From: Octopus bimaculoides
Taxonomy: Eukaryota
Length of the DNA stretch: 64,000 nt
Assembly: GCF_001194135.2 (NCBI RefSeq)
Contig: NC_068983.1
Coordinates: 114,871,438-114,935,437 of the forward strand
Direction: 5' to 3'
Position numbers and translations under genes: made by a program. Numbering within the stretch: position 1 is the first letter of the stretch; the number at the start of each line of letters is the position of its first letter. Under the pieces are notes generated by a model. The model was not told the origin of the DNA, searched no databases, and saw only the letters and a list, made by a program, of their open reading frames with translations. Shown one piece after another: positions 50,725-62,640 of this stretch.

Positions 50725-51212
50725 TCACAGCAACAATGCTCTTCACAGTATGTGTTAGATCCCAGTTAAGACAATCTTTTGCACTTTCTGCATGGATGGT
50801 AAGCCAGGGATCATTCTTAAATAATTTTCAGTTCATTTTTTGATCATTCCAAGTACTCCTACAATCACTGGTATTGTAACTGTCTTGAGATGCCACATCT
50901 TTATATTTTGAGCTTACCAAATTCTTTTGCTGAGATATTATGGTCACAGGGTATGCTCACATCAATCAATAAACAAACTTTGTTTTAATCTTTCACAACA
51001 ATATCTGGTTTATTTGTTTTGATGATCTGTACATACTGGGAAGTCCCAAAGAATTGTTACATTTTCTCCCTCAGTTACAGCCTCGGGGTGGTGCTTGTAC
51101 CATTTGTCAGCAGTTTTGATTTTATGTCAACACATTATCCAGTGTAGATATTGGCCAATTCTGTCATGTCTTGATTTGTGCTCTATAGGTGCTAAAACCT
51201 TACACCCAGAGA
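50725..51212 (-). mobile_element. R4/Dong-like (restriction-like endonuclease) non-LTR retrotransposon 3' remnant
   Basis: GCKVLAPIEHKSRHDRIGQYLHW, KWYKHHPEAVTEGENVTILWDF, NKPDIVVKD, LIDVSIPCDHNISAKEF: CCHC plus PD-(D/E)xK RLE motifs. Confidence 0.8.
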
Positions 51213-51257
51213 TTACTATTATTATTATAATTATTATCATCATTATTATTATCAAAA

Positions 51258-51468
51258 TGTAGAGCTAGCAGAACTGTTAGCATGTCAGACAAAATGTTTA
51301 GTGGCATTCGTCCATTCTTACATTCTAAGTTCAAATTTCACTGAAGTTGACTTTGCCTTTCATCTCTTTTGGGATTGATGAAAAATGTGCCAGCGAAGCA
51401 CTGGGATTGAGATAAATGACTGGCTTTCTCCCCCAAATTTCAGATCTTTTGCCTATAGTAGGAAATAA
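51258..51468 (+). mobile_element. SINE family E
   Basis: Diverged match to E. Confidence 0.72.
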
Positions 51469-51505
51469 TCAACTCGTCACCATATTAATAATACTAATAA
51501 CTTAA

Positions 51506-51724
51506 CCCTTTAATATGTAAACAGGCCATATCCAGCCAAAATATTCTACCTGTTTTACGTTTGGTCCAGTGAAATCTAGCCTCTTGTGCATACCCAACAA
51601 TGTCATTTTAAAAATAGACAGTCATCTCATTGAAATCTTGAAGTTACAAGATAATGCACAAGTAATTTGAAACAATATGGGTAAATAAGCATCTCATTTG
51701 ACAAAGTAATTTGATGCTAAAGGT
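51506..51724. mobile_element. piggyBac-type MITE
   Basis: TTAA|cccttta ... ctaaaggt|TTAA. Confidence 0.65.
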
Positions 51725-52478
51725 TTAAAGTAGTAATAACAAAAATAGTTGCTAACATAGACACAGGGCCACAAATTTAAAGAGAGAGAGGNNNNNNNNN
51801 NGGGGGGGGGGGTTAATTGATTAAATTCACCCTGATGTATAACTACTAGTTTATTTTGTTGACTCCAGAAAGATGAAAGGAAAAATATATATTTTCGCTC
51901 ATTTATTTTTGGTAATATAAGATCAGCATGTTTCTTCTATAAGAGGTTCATCTGATTCCCTCAATGAGAAGGAGAGAGAGAGAGAGAAGGGAGAGAGAGA
52001 ATGTGTTTTGCATGGAAGAGTGAGAGAGAGAAAGAGCCTATCTGTTTTTCCATACTAGTATGAGTTAGATGAATATATATTATTGAGGCATTATTTTATG
52101 AGATACATTTTTTGTTGCCAACCTGTATTTGTTTGACAAGTAAAGGATTGCTTATTCCCCACATCTTCAAAAGCACAGAGTCAGCAGAAAATTTGATGAC
52201 AGGGAAATTATAATTATCTTCATCGCTTTATAGCTCAGTGCTTTTGCATGCAAAGTGCACTAGAAGTAAACATTGGTACACAAAGATATGCACTCACACA
52301 CGCAATGAACTTTGTACAGTTTATAATTTACAAGATATTGATTACCTCAGGGCTAGAGTAGAAGACATTTTCCCAAAGTACTGTGACTGTACCCAAAGCA
52401 ATGTGATTGACAAGCAAACTTCTTAACCACACAGCTCACATAGAGCAGCATTTGGATTGGACTTGTATGTACGGTTTC

Positions 52479-52516
<38 letters not shown>

Positions 52517-52892
52517 ACCATCAGTGTAACTTTAACAAAATACCACAAAGTAAATTAAACAGAACACAAGGAGTTCAATTTCAGGTGGGACTGGTGTTTA
52601 ACAAATTTAAAGAAAAACTAGAAATGTTCTCATACTCTTAAACATATATACAAGCATAATATACTCACATATATATTACACAAACATAAACACACACACA
52701 CACACATACACATGTATGTATGTATTTGCATACAAACATTTTAAGTATTTCTTTGTTAATAGGTAAGGAAAAACATGACTAGTAATATAATGCAGATGAG
52801 CACACACACACACATATACATACAAACACATATACACACACCCACATTAAGAGTTATACAGGAAGAAACTCACTCAAAATACAGTAAACATT

Positions 52893-52931
<39 letters not shown>

Positions 52932-53898
52932 ATATTGAATTACTGAAAAATAAAAAGTTAAAATATTAAAATTTGCAAAACAAATTATTTTTGGTAATAT
53001 AAGATCAGCATGTTCCTTNNNNNNNNNNNNNNNNNNNNNNNNNNNNNNNNNNNNNNNNNNNNNNNNNNNNNNNNNNNNNNNNNNNNNNNNNNNNNNNNNN
53101 NNNNNNNNNNNNNNNNNNNNNNNNNNNNNNNNNNNNNNNNNNNNNNNNNNNNNNNNNNNNNNNNNNNNNNNNNNNNNNNNNNNNNNNNNNNNNNNNNNNN
53201 NNNNNNNNNNNNNNNNNNNNNNNNNNNNNNNNNNNNNNNNNNNNNNNNNNNNNNNNNNNNNNNNNNNNNNNNNNNNNNNNNNNNNNNNNNNNNNNNNNNN
53301 NNNNNNNNNNNNNNNNNNNNNNNNNNNNNNNNNNNNNNNNNNNNNNNNNNNNNNNNNNNNNNNNNNNNNNNNNNNNNNNNNNNNNNNNNNNNNNNNNNNN
53401 NNNNNNNNNNNNNNNNNNNNNNNNNNNNNNNNNNNNNNNNNNNNNNNNNNNNNNNNNNNNNNNNNNNNNNNNNNNNNNNNNNNNNNNNNNNNNNNNNNNN
53501 NNNNNNNNNNNNNNNNNNNNNNNNNNNNNNNNNNNNNNNNNNNNNNNNNNNNNNNNNNNNNNNNNNNNNNNNNNNNNNNNNNNNNNNNNNNNNNNNNNNN
53601 NNNNNNNNNNNNNNNNNNNNNNNNNNNNNNNNNNNNNNNNNNNNNNNNNNNNNNNNNNNNNNNNNNNNNNNNNNNNNNNNNNNNNNNNNNNNNNNNNNNN
53701 NNNNNNNNNNNNNNNNNNNNNNNNNNNNNNNGTATATACACACACACACACATATGTATATATGTATATATAAACAATTCTCTCTCTGTCTCTCAACCCT
53801 TTACAGTGTTATATAACTGCCTATGGTCAAGGCAAATAAGAAATAGCAAACTTGATAGAAACAAGCAGCCAAATCTCTCTTAAATCCCAATGCCTTGA

Positions 53899-54125
53899 CC
53901 CTTTTGATACCAACCCACTTAAAACTGCCCCTAGTTCTATGTTACAAGCAGCTTCCTATATTAAAGTGATTTAAATCAAAACAATTCCATCAAAATTACA
54001 TTTTAGTGTTTTGTTCCAAACACCAGCTTATTAATGACAAAGTTATTTTATTAAATGCCTCAGTACATTCCAAATTAACTGAAACAAAAGCAGTGTATTT
54101 CAACAGAAATATGGTAACAGCGGGG
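53899..54125. mobile_element. piggyBac-type MITE
   Basis: ttga|cccttttgatacc ... ggtaacagcgggg|TTAA. Confidence 0.65.
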
Positions 54126-54444
54126 TTAAAAAGGAAAGGACAAACAATCTACTGTAACCATGCCATTTTTTAAGTAGATCAAGTATGATATGAGGAGGAT
54201 TTGGCAAATATTTCTGGCAAACTAAGCAATAATGTAGTGATGTCTTTATGTCAGCCACAAGGATAACATTGCGCAACTAATTTTTTTTTTTTTGTCTTTG
54301 GCCAGTAAGAGTTATTTCCTATTTGCTTCTATCTAGAAATCAAAGGAAATGACTATTATTCCCTTCTAACTTTGCTTTTCAAACTGACCTATTTTCCATT
54401 ACTTTACAAATAGATTCAGTGCTGAGTTGCTGACACAGAAATAT

Positions 54445-54615
54445 CATTATAGCAACTATTCTGCTTAATACCACAGATTTGCTTATCAGTTGCTCGACCT
54501 TAATCACTTGAGCTTGTCCCTTAGTGGCTGACAGTATGTGCATTTCTGATCATGAGAAGGAGTAGTGCAGGAGCATCATAGCTTTGTGTTGAGAAAGATT
54601 CTTTGGCGTTTGAAT
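54445..54615 (-). mobile_element. Interspersed repeat family G (unclassified, SINE-like)
   Basis: cttgtcccttagtggctgacagtatgtgcatttctgatc block recognised from memory as a common cephalopod repeat; single copy here. Confidence 0.4.
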
Positions 54616-56117
54616 AAATGTAACAAAAGCAAAGTTTGGAGGAAATATTAGCCATTTTTCATACTTTCTAAGGGTAAGCAAATAGAAAATAACAGTTGCT
54701 AGCCAAGGACAAAAATCGTGTTGCACAGTGTAATCATTAAAAGTGGTATGCTAGAGACAGTGGCAGCACAAATCAGGCTGTAAATAACACAGTTGTTGTT
54801 GTATCATAGAATGAAGAGATTCACTCTTTGACGCAAAGCCTTTTAGTAGAAAGATTAAGAGAAAAATAGGATCTGCCTGAAACACTGCCCTCTACATAAT
54901 CCCTAATCCTAACACAACATACAGCTGAACTGATAAAGGACGTTTATGTGGTCACTTGACCTGCTAGAAGCAGAAACCAAATCTTCCTCAAATCACACTC
55001 GACTATCTTAGAAAGAGGAAGGACACAAAGAACCAGTGGTTCTCAATTCTCATCCTTTTGCAGCTCAGCTCTTCCTTTCACCAAATGGCATTTTACAAAT
55101 GTCCCCTTCTTCACATTCACCATGCAGATGATGATTTATCCTCTATTTCAGGTTTTTATCCTTTTATCCTTTACTTGTTTCAGTTATTGGACTACAGTCA
55201 TGCTGAGGCACTGCCTTGAACTGTTTCAGTTGAACAGATCAACCCTTGCATTTGACATTTTTAAGGTACTTATTTTATCAGTCACTTTTGATGAACTACT
55301 ACATTACTGCCTCAATGAATTCTATCTGACATATGCAAGCATGGAAAAGTGGATACCAAAACGATGATGAAGATGCTGCTGATACTGATGATGATGATGA
55401 TGATGATGAGGATGATGACGAAGATTGTGGTATATTCCCCAGGATACCTCAGTGAAACACTCATATAAATTTCATCATGTACTAATCTACAAGTACAACT
55501 GATCTATGCACTTCCTCACAAGAGTGTAATTAAGTGCTTTGATATAGCTTGCAAATAAAATCATAAAGATACATGTCATGTACATAAGTATATTATTCTT
55601 TATTAATTAGTCTGTGGAAAAAGGAATAAAAAAAAAAACCCATAGTGCCTGGGCCCTACCACTTTCTTTTGAGGGTAATGTTAATACAATTGCTGTATGC
55701 TTGACTTGACCTTCTGTAGAAGAATTTTAGTAGGAAAGGAGTTGCTGAGAGGTGCAGCAGATCCCTGGGGAGGAAGGACTAGCAATAATAGTGTGTGTTC
55801 GTGTGTGTATGTGCATACACACACAAGTGTGTGTGTGTGTGTGGACAAGAGTAAAAAGTTGGGTAAAATAGCTTGTGATATTTGGTTACATTTATTTACA
55901 GTCTGAGTTTTAAATTCGGCAAAGATCAACTTTGGCTTTCATCCTTTATAGAGGTCAATAAAAAAATATAAGCAGTCAAGTACTACAGTTGCTACAATTA
56001 GCTATGCTTGAAAGTATTGCACCAGAATGGCCACACTATACAATAACTTGAAACCAGTGAGAGAACATAGGAAACAGAAATTGCTGAGTTATTGAAGAAC
56101 TGTTAGCATAACAGATG

Positions 56118-56494
56118 CAGGCATAGCTATGTAAGAGGCTTGCTTCCCAACCTTGTGATCTTGTGTTCAGTCCTACAGTGCAGGGCCTTAGGCAAGTGTT
56201 TTCTATTATATCTTCAGGACAACCAAAGCATTGTGAACGAATCTGATAGAAGGTAACTGAAAAGGCCTCCCGTGTGTGTATGTGTGTGTGTGTGTGTGCG
56301 TGCATGGGTGTGTGTTTTCATGTTCTGTTTGTCCTCCACATTCACTTGACAACAATTATGGGTTTGCTTACACCTCCATAACTTAGCACTTTGTCAAAAA
56401 CAAATTGATAGAATAATTTACCAGACTTTAAAAAAAAGATATATACTGGAGTTGATTTGTTCAACAAAACCCTTCAAAGTGGTGCCCCACAAGA
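56118..56494 (+). mobile_element. SINE family A, diverged
   Basis: Head, central (TG)n and body up to the gap. Confidence 0.7.
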
Positions 56495-56790
56495 NNNNNN
56501 NNNNNNNNNNNNNNNNNNNNNNNNNNNNNNNNNNNNNNNNNNNNNNNNNNNNNNNNNNNNNNNNNNNNNNNNNNNNNNNNNNNNNNNNNNNNNNNNNNNN
56601 NNNNNNNNNNNNNNNNNNNNNNNNNNNNNNNNNNNNNNNNNNNNNNNNNNNNNNNNNNNNNNNNNNNNNNNNNNNNNNNNNNNNNNNNNNNNNNNNNNNN
56701 NNNNNNNNNNNNNNNNNNNNNNNNNNNNNNNNNNNNNNNNNNNNNNNNNNNNNNNNNNNNNNNNNNNNNNNNNNNNNNNNNNNNNNNNNN

Positions 56791-56830
<40 letters not shown>

Positions 56831-57704
56831 TGAATGTGTATGATTGTGTGAATGTTTACACTTTGTGACTGCATGAAAAATTACTATGACAATGTTCTCT
56901 GTTGTCATTTCCCTATGAACCGATTGTCTTGTAGCTCTGTATTATCTGAGACAAGTGGAATGAAAAAAACTCCCTTACTTGAAAAATAGTTACGGATTAG
57001 TGACAGCAAAGGCGTCCAGCTGTAAAAGCAATGCTTTGATAATATGTAGTCATCTAACCCATGTTAGCATAGAAAAATAATGACAAAAAGAAAATGAATG
57101 AACAAAATGTATGTAAATTTTGACATTTTACATTGATTTTTCTGAAGCAGGAAGGGTGTGGACAGAAAAGCAGAAAAAGGTAATATTTGCCTAAAAGTAG
57201 AACAGAAAATTACTTTGGGTGATTAACTGACAGACATTTCAGTTTTAATAGCTAAGCATTTTCAAAAATTCAGAGTTGCCATTTGCATGAAAACAGTCAA
57301 TTTAGTCTTACTTTATCTATTGTTGTGAGTATTAAAAAAGCTAACTTCAAAATTTATGTGGTAAAAAAAAAATATTTACCAACACACCCCCTACCTACAA
57401 TTTGAAAAGTACTTAATGTGTACCTTCAGCAGTGTGATAAAAAGAAAGAAAAGGAAACAATATTAGTCCATACCTAATATTATTTTAATTATTTTTGGCT
57501 TGTATGGGAGACAACTCTGCCCATGTTTTAGTCTCGTGACCTCATCAGCAAATCAGCAAAGTATAAACTTCACTATCCTTTATCTACCGTCTCATCAGAT
57601 CAGATATCATTTACATATTTTAGCAATTATCTTATTGCCACTCTTCATTTGCAAAGTTAAATTCGCATGTAAATATAGTTTTGTGGAATTAATTCCAGTT
57701 TCTG

Positions 57705-57942
57705 TATCTATCTGTCTGTCTGTCTGTCTATCTATACATTTACCCACTTATTTATCAACTTATCTTTCTACTCACTTACCTACCTACTTACCTTCCTACC
57801 CACCCACCCATCTACATATCTTTCTACCCACCCTCACACCCACCTATCTATTTATCTATCTATCCATCTATCTGCACACCTATCTACCCAATTACCTACT
57901 TATCTTTCTACCCACCCATCTACCTATCTTTACCTCACCCAC

Positions 57943-57985
<43 letters not shown>

Positions 57986-58005
57986 CCTACCTTCCTACCT
58001 ACCAA
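57705..58005. repeat. Compound (CTAT)/(CTAC)/(CCAC) degenerate microsatellite
   Basis: About 300 bp almost free of G on the + strand. Confidence 0.9.
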
Positions 58006-58324
58006 GAAACTCATATATTCATGCACACAAATGCATATATGTAACCATGAATAAAAATATATTAAGAGCAAAAACTCTTGAATAGGTACGCAGAGGGTAA
58101 CTGTTCCACCTGATCCCAGCTAGCTGGACTAACCAACTTATACAGCAACTTGGGGATACAAGGTAGAGACTATCATCAGCATTAACAGATACATTGCATG
58201 CCACCTTGAAGAATATACACGGACATCCATAAAAGAAATATGAGTGCCTCATATTATAATAGACTATACTGAATGTGTCTACACCAGTGAAGATGGTATT
58301 GCATGAGTCATTGCTGCCAAAATA

Positions 58325-58696
58325 GGAGGTGCAATGGCCCAGTGGTTAGGGCAGCGGACTCGCGGTTTCAATTCCCAGACCAGGCGTTGTGAGTGTTTAT
58401 TGAGCGAAAACACCTAAAGCTCCACGAGGCTTCAGTAAGGGATGGTGGTGAACCCTGCTGTACTCTTTCACCACAACTTTCTCTCACTCTTTCTTCTTGT
58501 TTCTGTTGTACCTGTATTTCAAAGGGTTAGCCTTGTCACACTGTGTCACGCTGAATATCCCCGAGAACTACGTTAAGGGTACACGTGTCTGTGGAGTGCT
58601 CAGCCACTTGCACGTTAATTTCACAAGCAGGCTGTTCTGTTCATCGGATCAACTGGAACCCTCGACGTCGTAAGCGACGGAGTGCCAACAACAACA
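58325..58696 (+). mobile_element. SINE family B flanked by a 72-bp direct repeat
   Basis: 58253-58324 equals 58697-58768 with 2 mismatches. Confidence 0.92.
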
Positions 58697-59477
58697 ATTA
58701 TAATAGACTATACTGAATGTGTCTACACCAGTGAAGATGGTATTACATGAGGCATTGCTGCCAAAATAACATAGTAAAGATTACAATAGCAGAAAGAATT
58801 GTGTGGATGGCTATACAAAAAGCACACCAGAACCAGAATGTATATGTGCCTTTAAAAATGAGGAATACTGGCAAAACATTCTAGTAAAAAAGCCCTCCAA
58901 CACAAAGAAAACAGCTCTATTCCTTGTCCTATTGTTTGCTATAGAGGTCAGCTGCCCAGTGATTGGGAATATCCTGTCTTGTGTTAAAAGAGATCTACGG
59001 TAAACTAATGCAAAACTTAAAGCCTATATATAAGCCCTACAGAATCTCATTTGTATCTGTCGTCATACGATATCGATATGTAACTGTGATATGTAACAAC
59101 AGATTTGCATGAAAGCCTAAAAGTGCAGGCTTTTCCAAGAAAGAACAAAGCAAATGGACTCACATCCTTTAAATCTAATTAATGAGACTGAGAAAATTTG
59201 TAAAATATTCCAAAGATTCTCTATTTGAGTTTCCTAAAATGGTGTAAAAAATCCTATATCTTTTTATCTTTTATTTGTTTCAGGCATTAGAGTGTGACCA
59301 TGCTGTGGCACTCCCTCAAAGAACTTTTAGCCGAATGTACTTATTTTTCCAAAGCCCAGTACTTATTCTATCAGTCTTTTTAACTGAACCATTAAGTTAC
59401 AGGGACATTAACATACTAGTACCAGTTGTCAAGTGGTGGTGGTGAGGAAGGGGGAAGACAAACATAAACACAAAGAT

Positions 59478-59514
<37 letters not shown>

Positions 59515-60340
59515 CTAACCCGACCTTGTCCGGGTGTGACTTATTACGCCATCTACGATAAGTCTTGCTAGGTGAAAATCAACTAAAAAAGAAAGCCTTA
59601 CAACGAAAAAACCCTTATGATGTAAATATGTTCATAATTCAAAAGACGATGAAATTAATAGGGAAAGTCTGAAGGCTGTTTTGCGTAACATTATTAAGCG
59701 TACGTAAATTTCATCCGTCTAATTGGCTATACAAATGCTTGTGCAAAACAACTTTTTGCACTGCCCTGATTATAAATAGCAGGGTAATCCCTTTTCGCAG
59801 GAGCTAGGCGGCAATTTGTGATGAAGCAATTGCTGGCAATCTGTTGCTACACAATTTTGCCAGAATTCTATCAGATTGGGCAGAAGATGTTGATGCACCA
59901 TTTTGCATTATGTTCAAAGTAGCTTCTGAATTGTGGTGAATTACTGCAGTCTGTTGCTGCCATTTTAAACCGGTTGCTTTCTTTCCCCAGCAAACTCTCT
60001 TCTTTGGAGGCATAATCTATGTATATTTTAAACAGAACAACAAAAGTTATAATAGATGGCAGGGTCAGTACTTTTCACATATCTGTAATTTTTCAGATTA
60101 ACACTCGCAAGATTACCCAACCCTAATCCTAAATCTAATCCTAACCTTAACACTAACCCTAAACCCTAACCCTAACCCTAAAACCCTAACTCTGACCCTA
60201 AAACTGTAACCGTAACACTAATCCTAACCCTAACCATAACCCTGACCCTAAAATCCTAACCCTAACACCCTAGTGAAAATCGTGGTGTATTTACAAAACA
60301 TTGACGAACATGAGTTATATTTTACTGAATGATTGTGTAC
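59515..60340 (-). mobile_element. Non-autonomous Helitron-like element
   Basis: Minus-strand 3' end acccggacaaggtcgggt hairpin then TTAG|T (Helitron consensus: hairpin plus CTRR|T); short ORF MPPKKRVCWGKK; 5' end uncertain. Confidence 0.55.
60116..60272. repeat. Degenerate interstitial telomere-like (CCCTAA)n array
   Basis: Roughly 25 units with variants CCCTAAA, CCTGA, CCGTAA. Confidence 0.9.
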
Positions 60341-60727
60341 TTGCACGTGTATGTGTTTGAGAGAAAATGGACTTCTTTAACTATCCATCAACCAAATCCA
60401 CTCACAAGGCTTTGATTGGCCTGAGGCTTTAGTAGAAGACACTTGACCAAGGTGCCAAGCAATGGGACTGAACCCTGAACCATGTGGTGGGAAGCAAGCT
60501 TCTTACCACACAGCTATGCTTGCACTTATAGCACATATCTAAAGAGTAAGTAAACAACTGTGTGTATGAAGCAGATATATATACCCACCACATAAGTACA
60601 TCTACATACTTACACACATTAACTCAGCATATTCACAAATCCCAAGAACTGTCTTAACTCACACAAAAAAAAAAAAAAGCCTTGTTACTTTGATAATGAC
60701 CTGCTTCAATTCTGCAAAAAGATTTAA

Positions 60728-60969
60728 CCCTTCTACTGCAAAATTAAATTCCATGGTGATTCCAGTAATGATGTTAAACATCTACCAAAAATAGAACTGG
60801 TATTTTCTGCAAGTTCCGTTGCCTCAATAAACTTGACATATCCCAACAAAAAATAGCTTCAGACATGACATTCTTCAACAAAAAGATAGATTGGTATATA
60901 AAAGCTGCTTTCTGCAGTTAAGAGTAATGAAATTTTGAGTGGATGTATCTGCTTACTGCAGTAAAAGGG
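60728..60969. mobile_element. piggyBac-type MITE, complete
   Basis: TTAA|cccttctactgca ... tgcagtaaaaggg|TTAA. Confidence 0.82.
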
Positions 60970-61649
60970 TTAAAAAAAATACATATACACACATGCATAA
61001 ATGTAAATACAAACAGGCCTGTGAGTATGTGTGTGTGTGTATAGTCATATGCACACATGCATATATAGATACACACACCCACACATATATAGACACATAC
61101 ATATGAATATATATATGTACAAATACACATCCATAAAAAGTTACACAAACACACAAAAGTAAGCATGTATGTATCTCAGTATTTACACACACATAACGCA
61201 TGCATGCGCGCACACACACACACATATACAAAGATATATCTATATCTTAGGATCATGTTCTAAATGTGTTGAAAGAAAAGAAACCACAATTTAATACAAG
61301 AAAAGTCAAGTTTTCTGTTTCTTTTCTTTCTCATTAATTCATCTAAAAAAAATTGTTGGCATGGTTGTGTATGTGACTATCTACACACACACACACACAC
61401 ACGCATCCACACACACACATCCACACACTCATATCCACATAGATATATGTATGTGTCAGTGTGTTTATATTTTCTTCAACCCATCTATTCTCTCTCTCCC
61501 CCTCTTTGGATGGAACAAGCCAGTTTTGAGTAAACACGCTTCAGTGTTTCTGTTACCATGGCAATAGTAAAAATAGTAGCAGACTGACACTGGTTTTTAG
61601 TATTGCAATGTGTGAAAGGGTGTGTGAGTATGTGTGTGTGTGTGTAACA

Positions 61650-61835
61650 TGGGTGCTGGTGTGGTTGTATGGTTAAAAGCATGCTTCCCAGCCACATTGC
61701 TCTAGGTTCAACCACACTGCTCCAAGTTCAGTCCCACTGCATGGCACCTTGGGCAAATGTGTTCTACTATAGCCATGGGCCAACCAAAACCTTGTGAGTG
61801 GATTTGGTAGATAGAAACAGAAAGACACCCATTAT

Positions 61836-61870
<35 letters not shown>

Positions 61871-62068
61871 TCCTCCACCACCACTTGATGACCAATGTTG
61901 GTTTGTTTATATCCCCATAACAGCAGTTCAGTATAAGAGACTGATAGAACAAGTATCAGGATTTTAAAAATAAATAAGTACTGGAGTCAATTCATTCAAA
62001 CTAAAAGCTTCCAAGGTGGTGCCCCAGCATGGCCACAGTTCAATAACTGTAAACAAGTAAAGAATAAA
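61650..62068 (+). mobile_element. SINE family A, diverged
   Basis: Head, (TG)n, body and tail. Confidence 0.78.
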
Positions 62069-62389
62069 TCATGTGTGTATGTGTGTGTAGGTGTTTTTAT
62101 CCAATATGGAGACAAACCCCATTTCTCCATGTAATAAGCTTGAAAAATTAAGATATTAAGATACTTTTCTATTTTTCTTAACATGAAACCAATAGCAGCC
62201 TTAATACACAAATAAAGAAATTCTATCCACCAATGCAGTGTTGAGCACTCATTTTCATCCCTTGGCATATTTACATGTGTGTGCCAAACAGTCTAACCCA
62301 TGCCAGCATGGACAACAGACATTAAATGATGATGATGTTATATGTGCGTGTATACATATACATATACATACATACATACATATATATAT

Positions 62390-62640
62390 ATTATCATTTA
62401 ATCTCTATTTTCCATGCTGACACAAATAGGATGGTTTGATAAGAACTGGTAAGTCAGAAGACACTACTAAAGTCTACTGTCTGTTTTGAGATGGTTTTCT
62501 ATAACTGGATGCCCTTCCCAACTAATATGAGTGCATTTTAAGTTTATTGAGCATACTGGGTGCTTTTTACATGACGCTAGTAGCAGTGAAGTTTCCAAGT
62601 ATCTTGCAAGACAAGATCCCCTCAACTGGGGTGAACAGTA
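62390..62640 (-). mobile_element. Retroposon family D variant
   Basis: Core ggatgcccttcc; shares ttgcaagacaagatcccctcaa with the 63745-64000 copy. Confidence 0.6.

Larger units (their letters stand above)
59262..60525 (-). mobile_element. SINE family A split by a Helitron-like insertion
   Basis: 3' half 59262-59500; 5' half 60370-60525. Confidence 0.75.

Noticed and set aside
51900-53018. About 35-bp direct repeat ttttggtaatataagatcagcatgtt at 51907 and 52988
   Set aside because: Second copy ends at a 713-N gap, probably a scaffolding overlap; cannot be evaluated
60116-60272. True telomere or chromosome end
   Set aside because: Short, degenerate and flanked by ordinary sequence on both sides; interstitial
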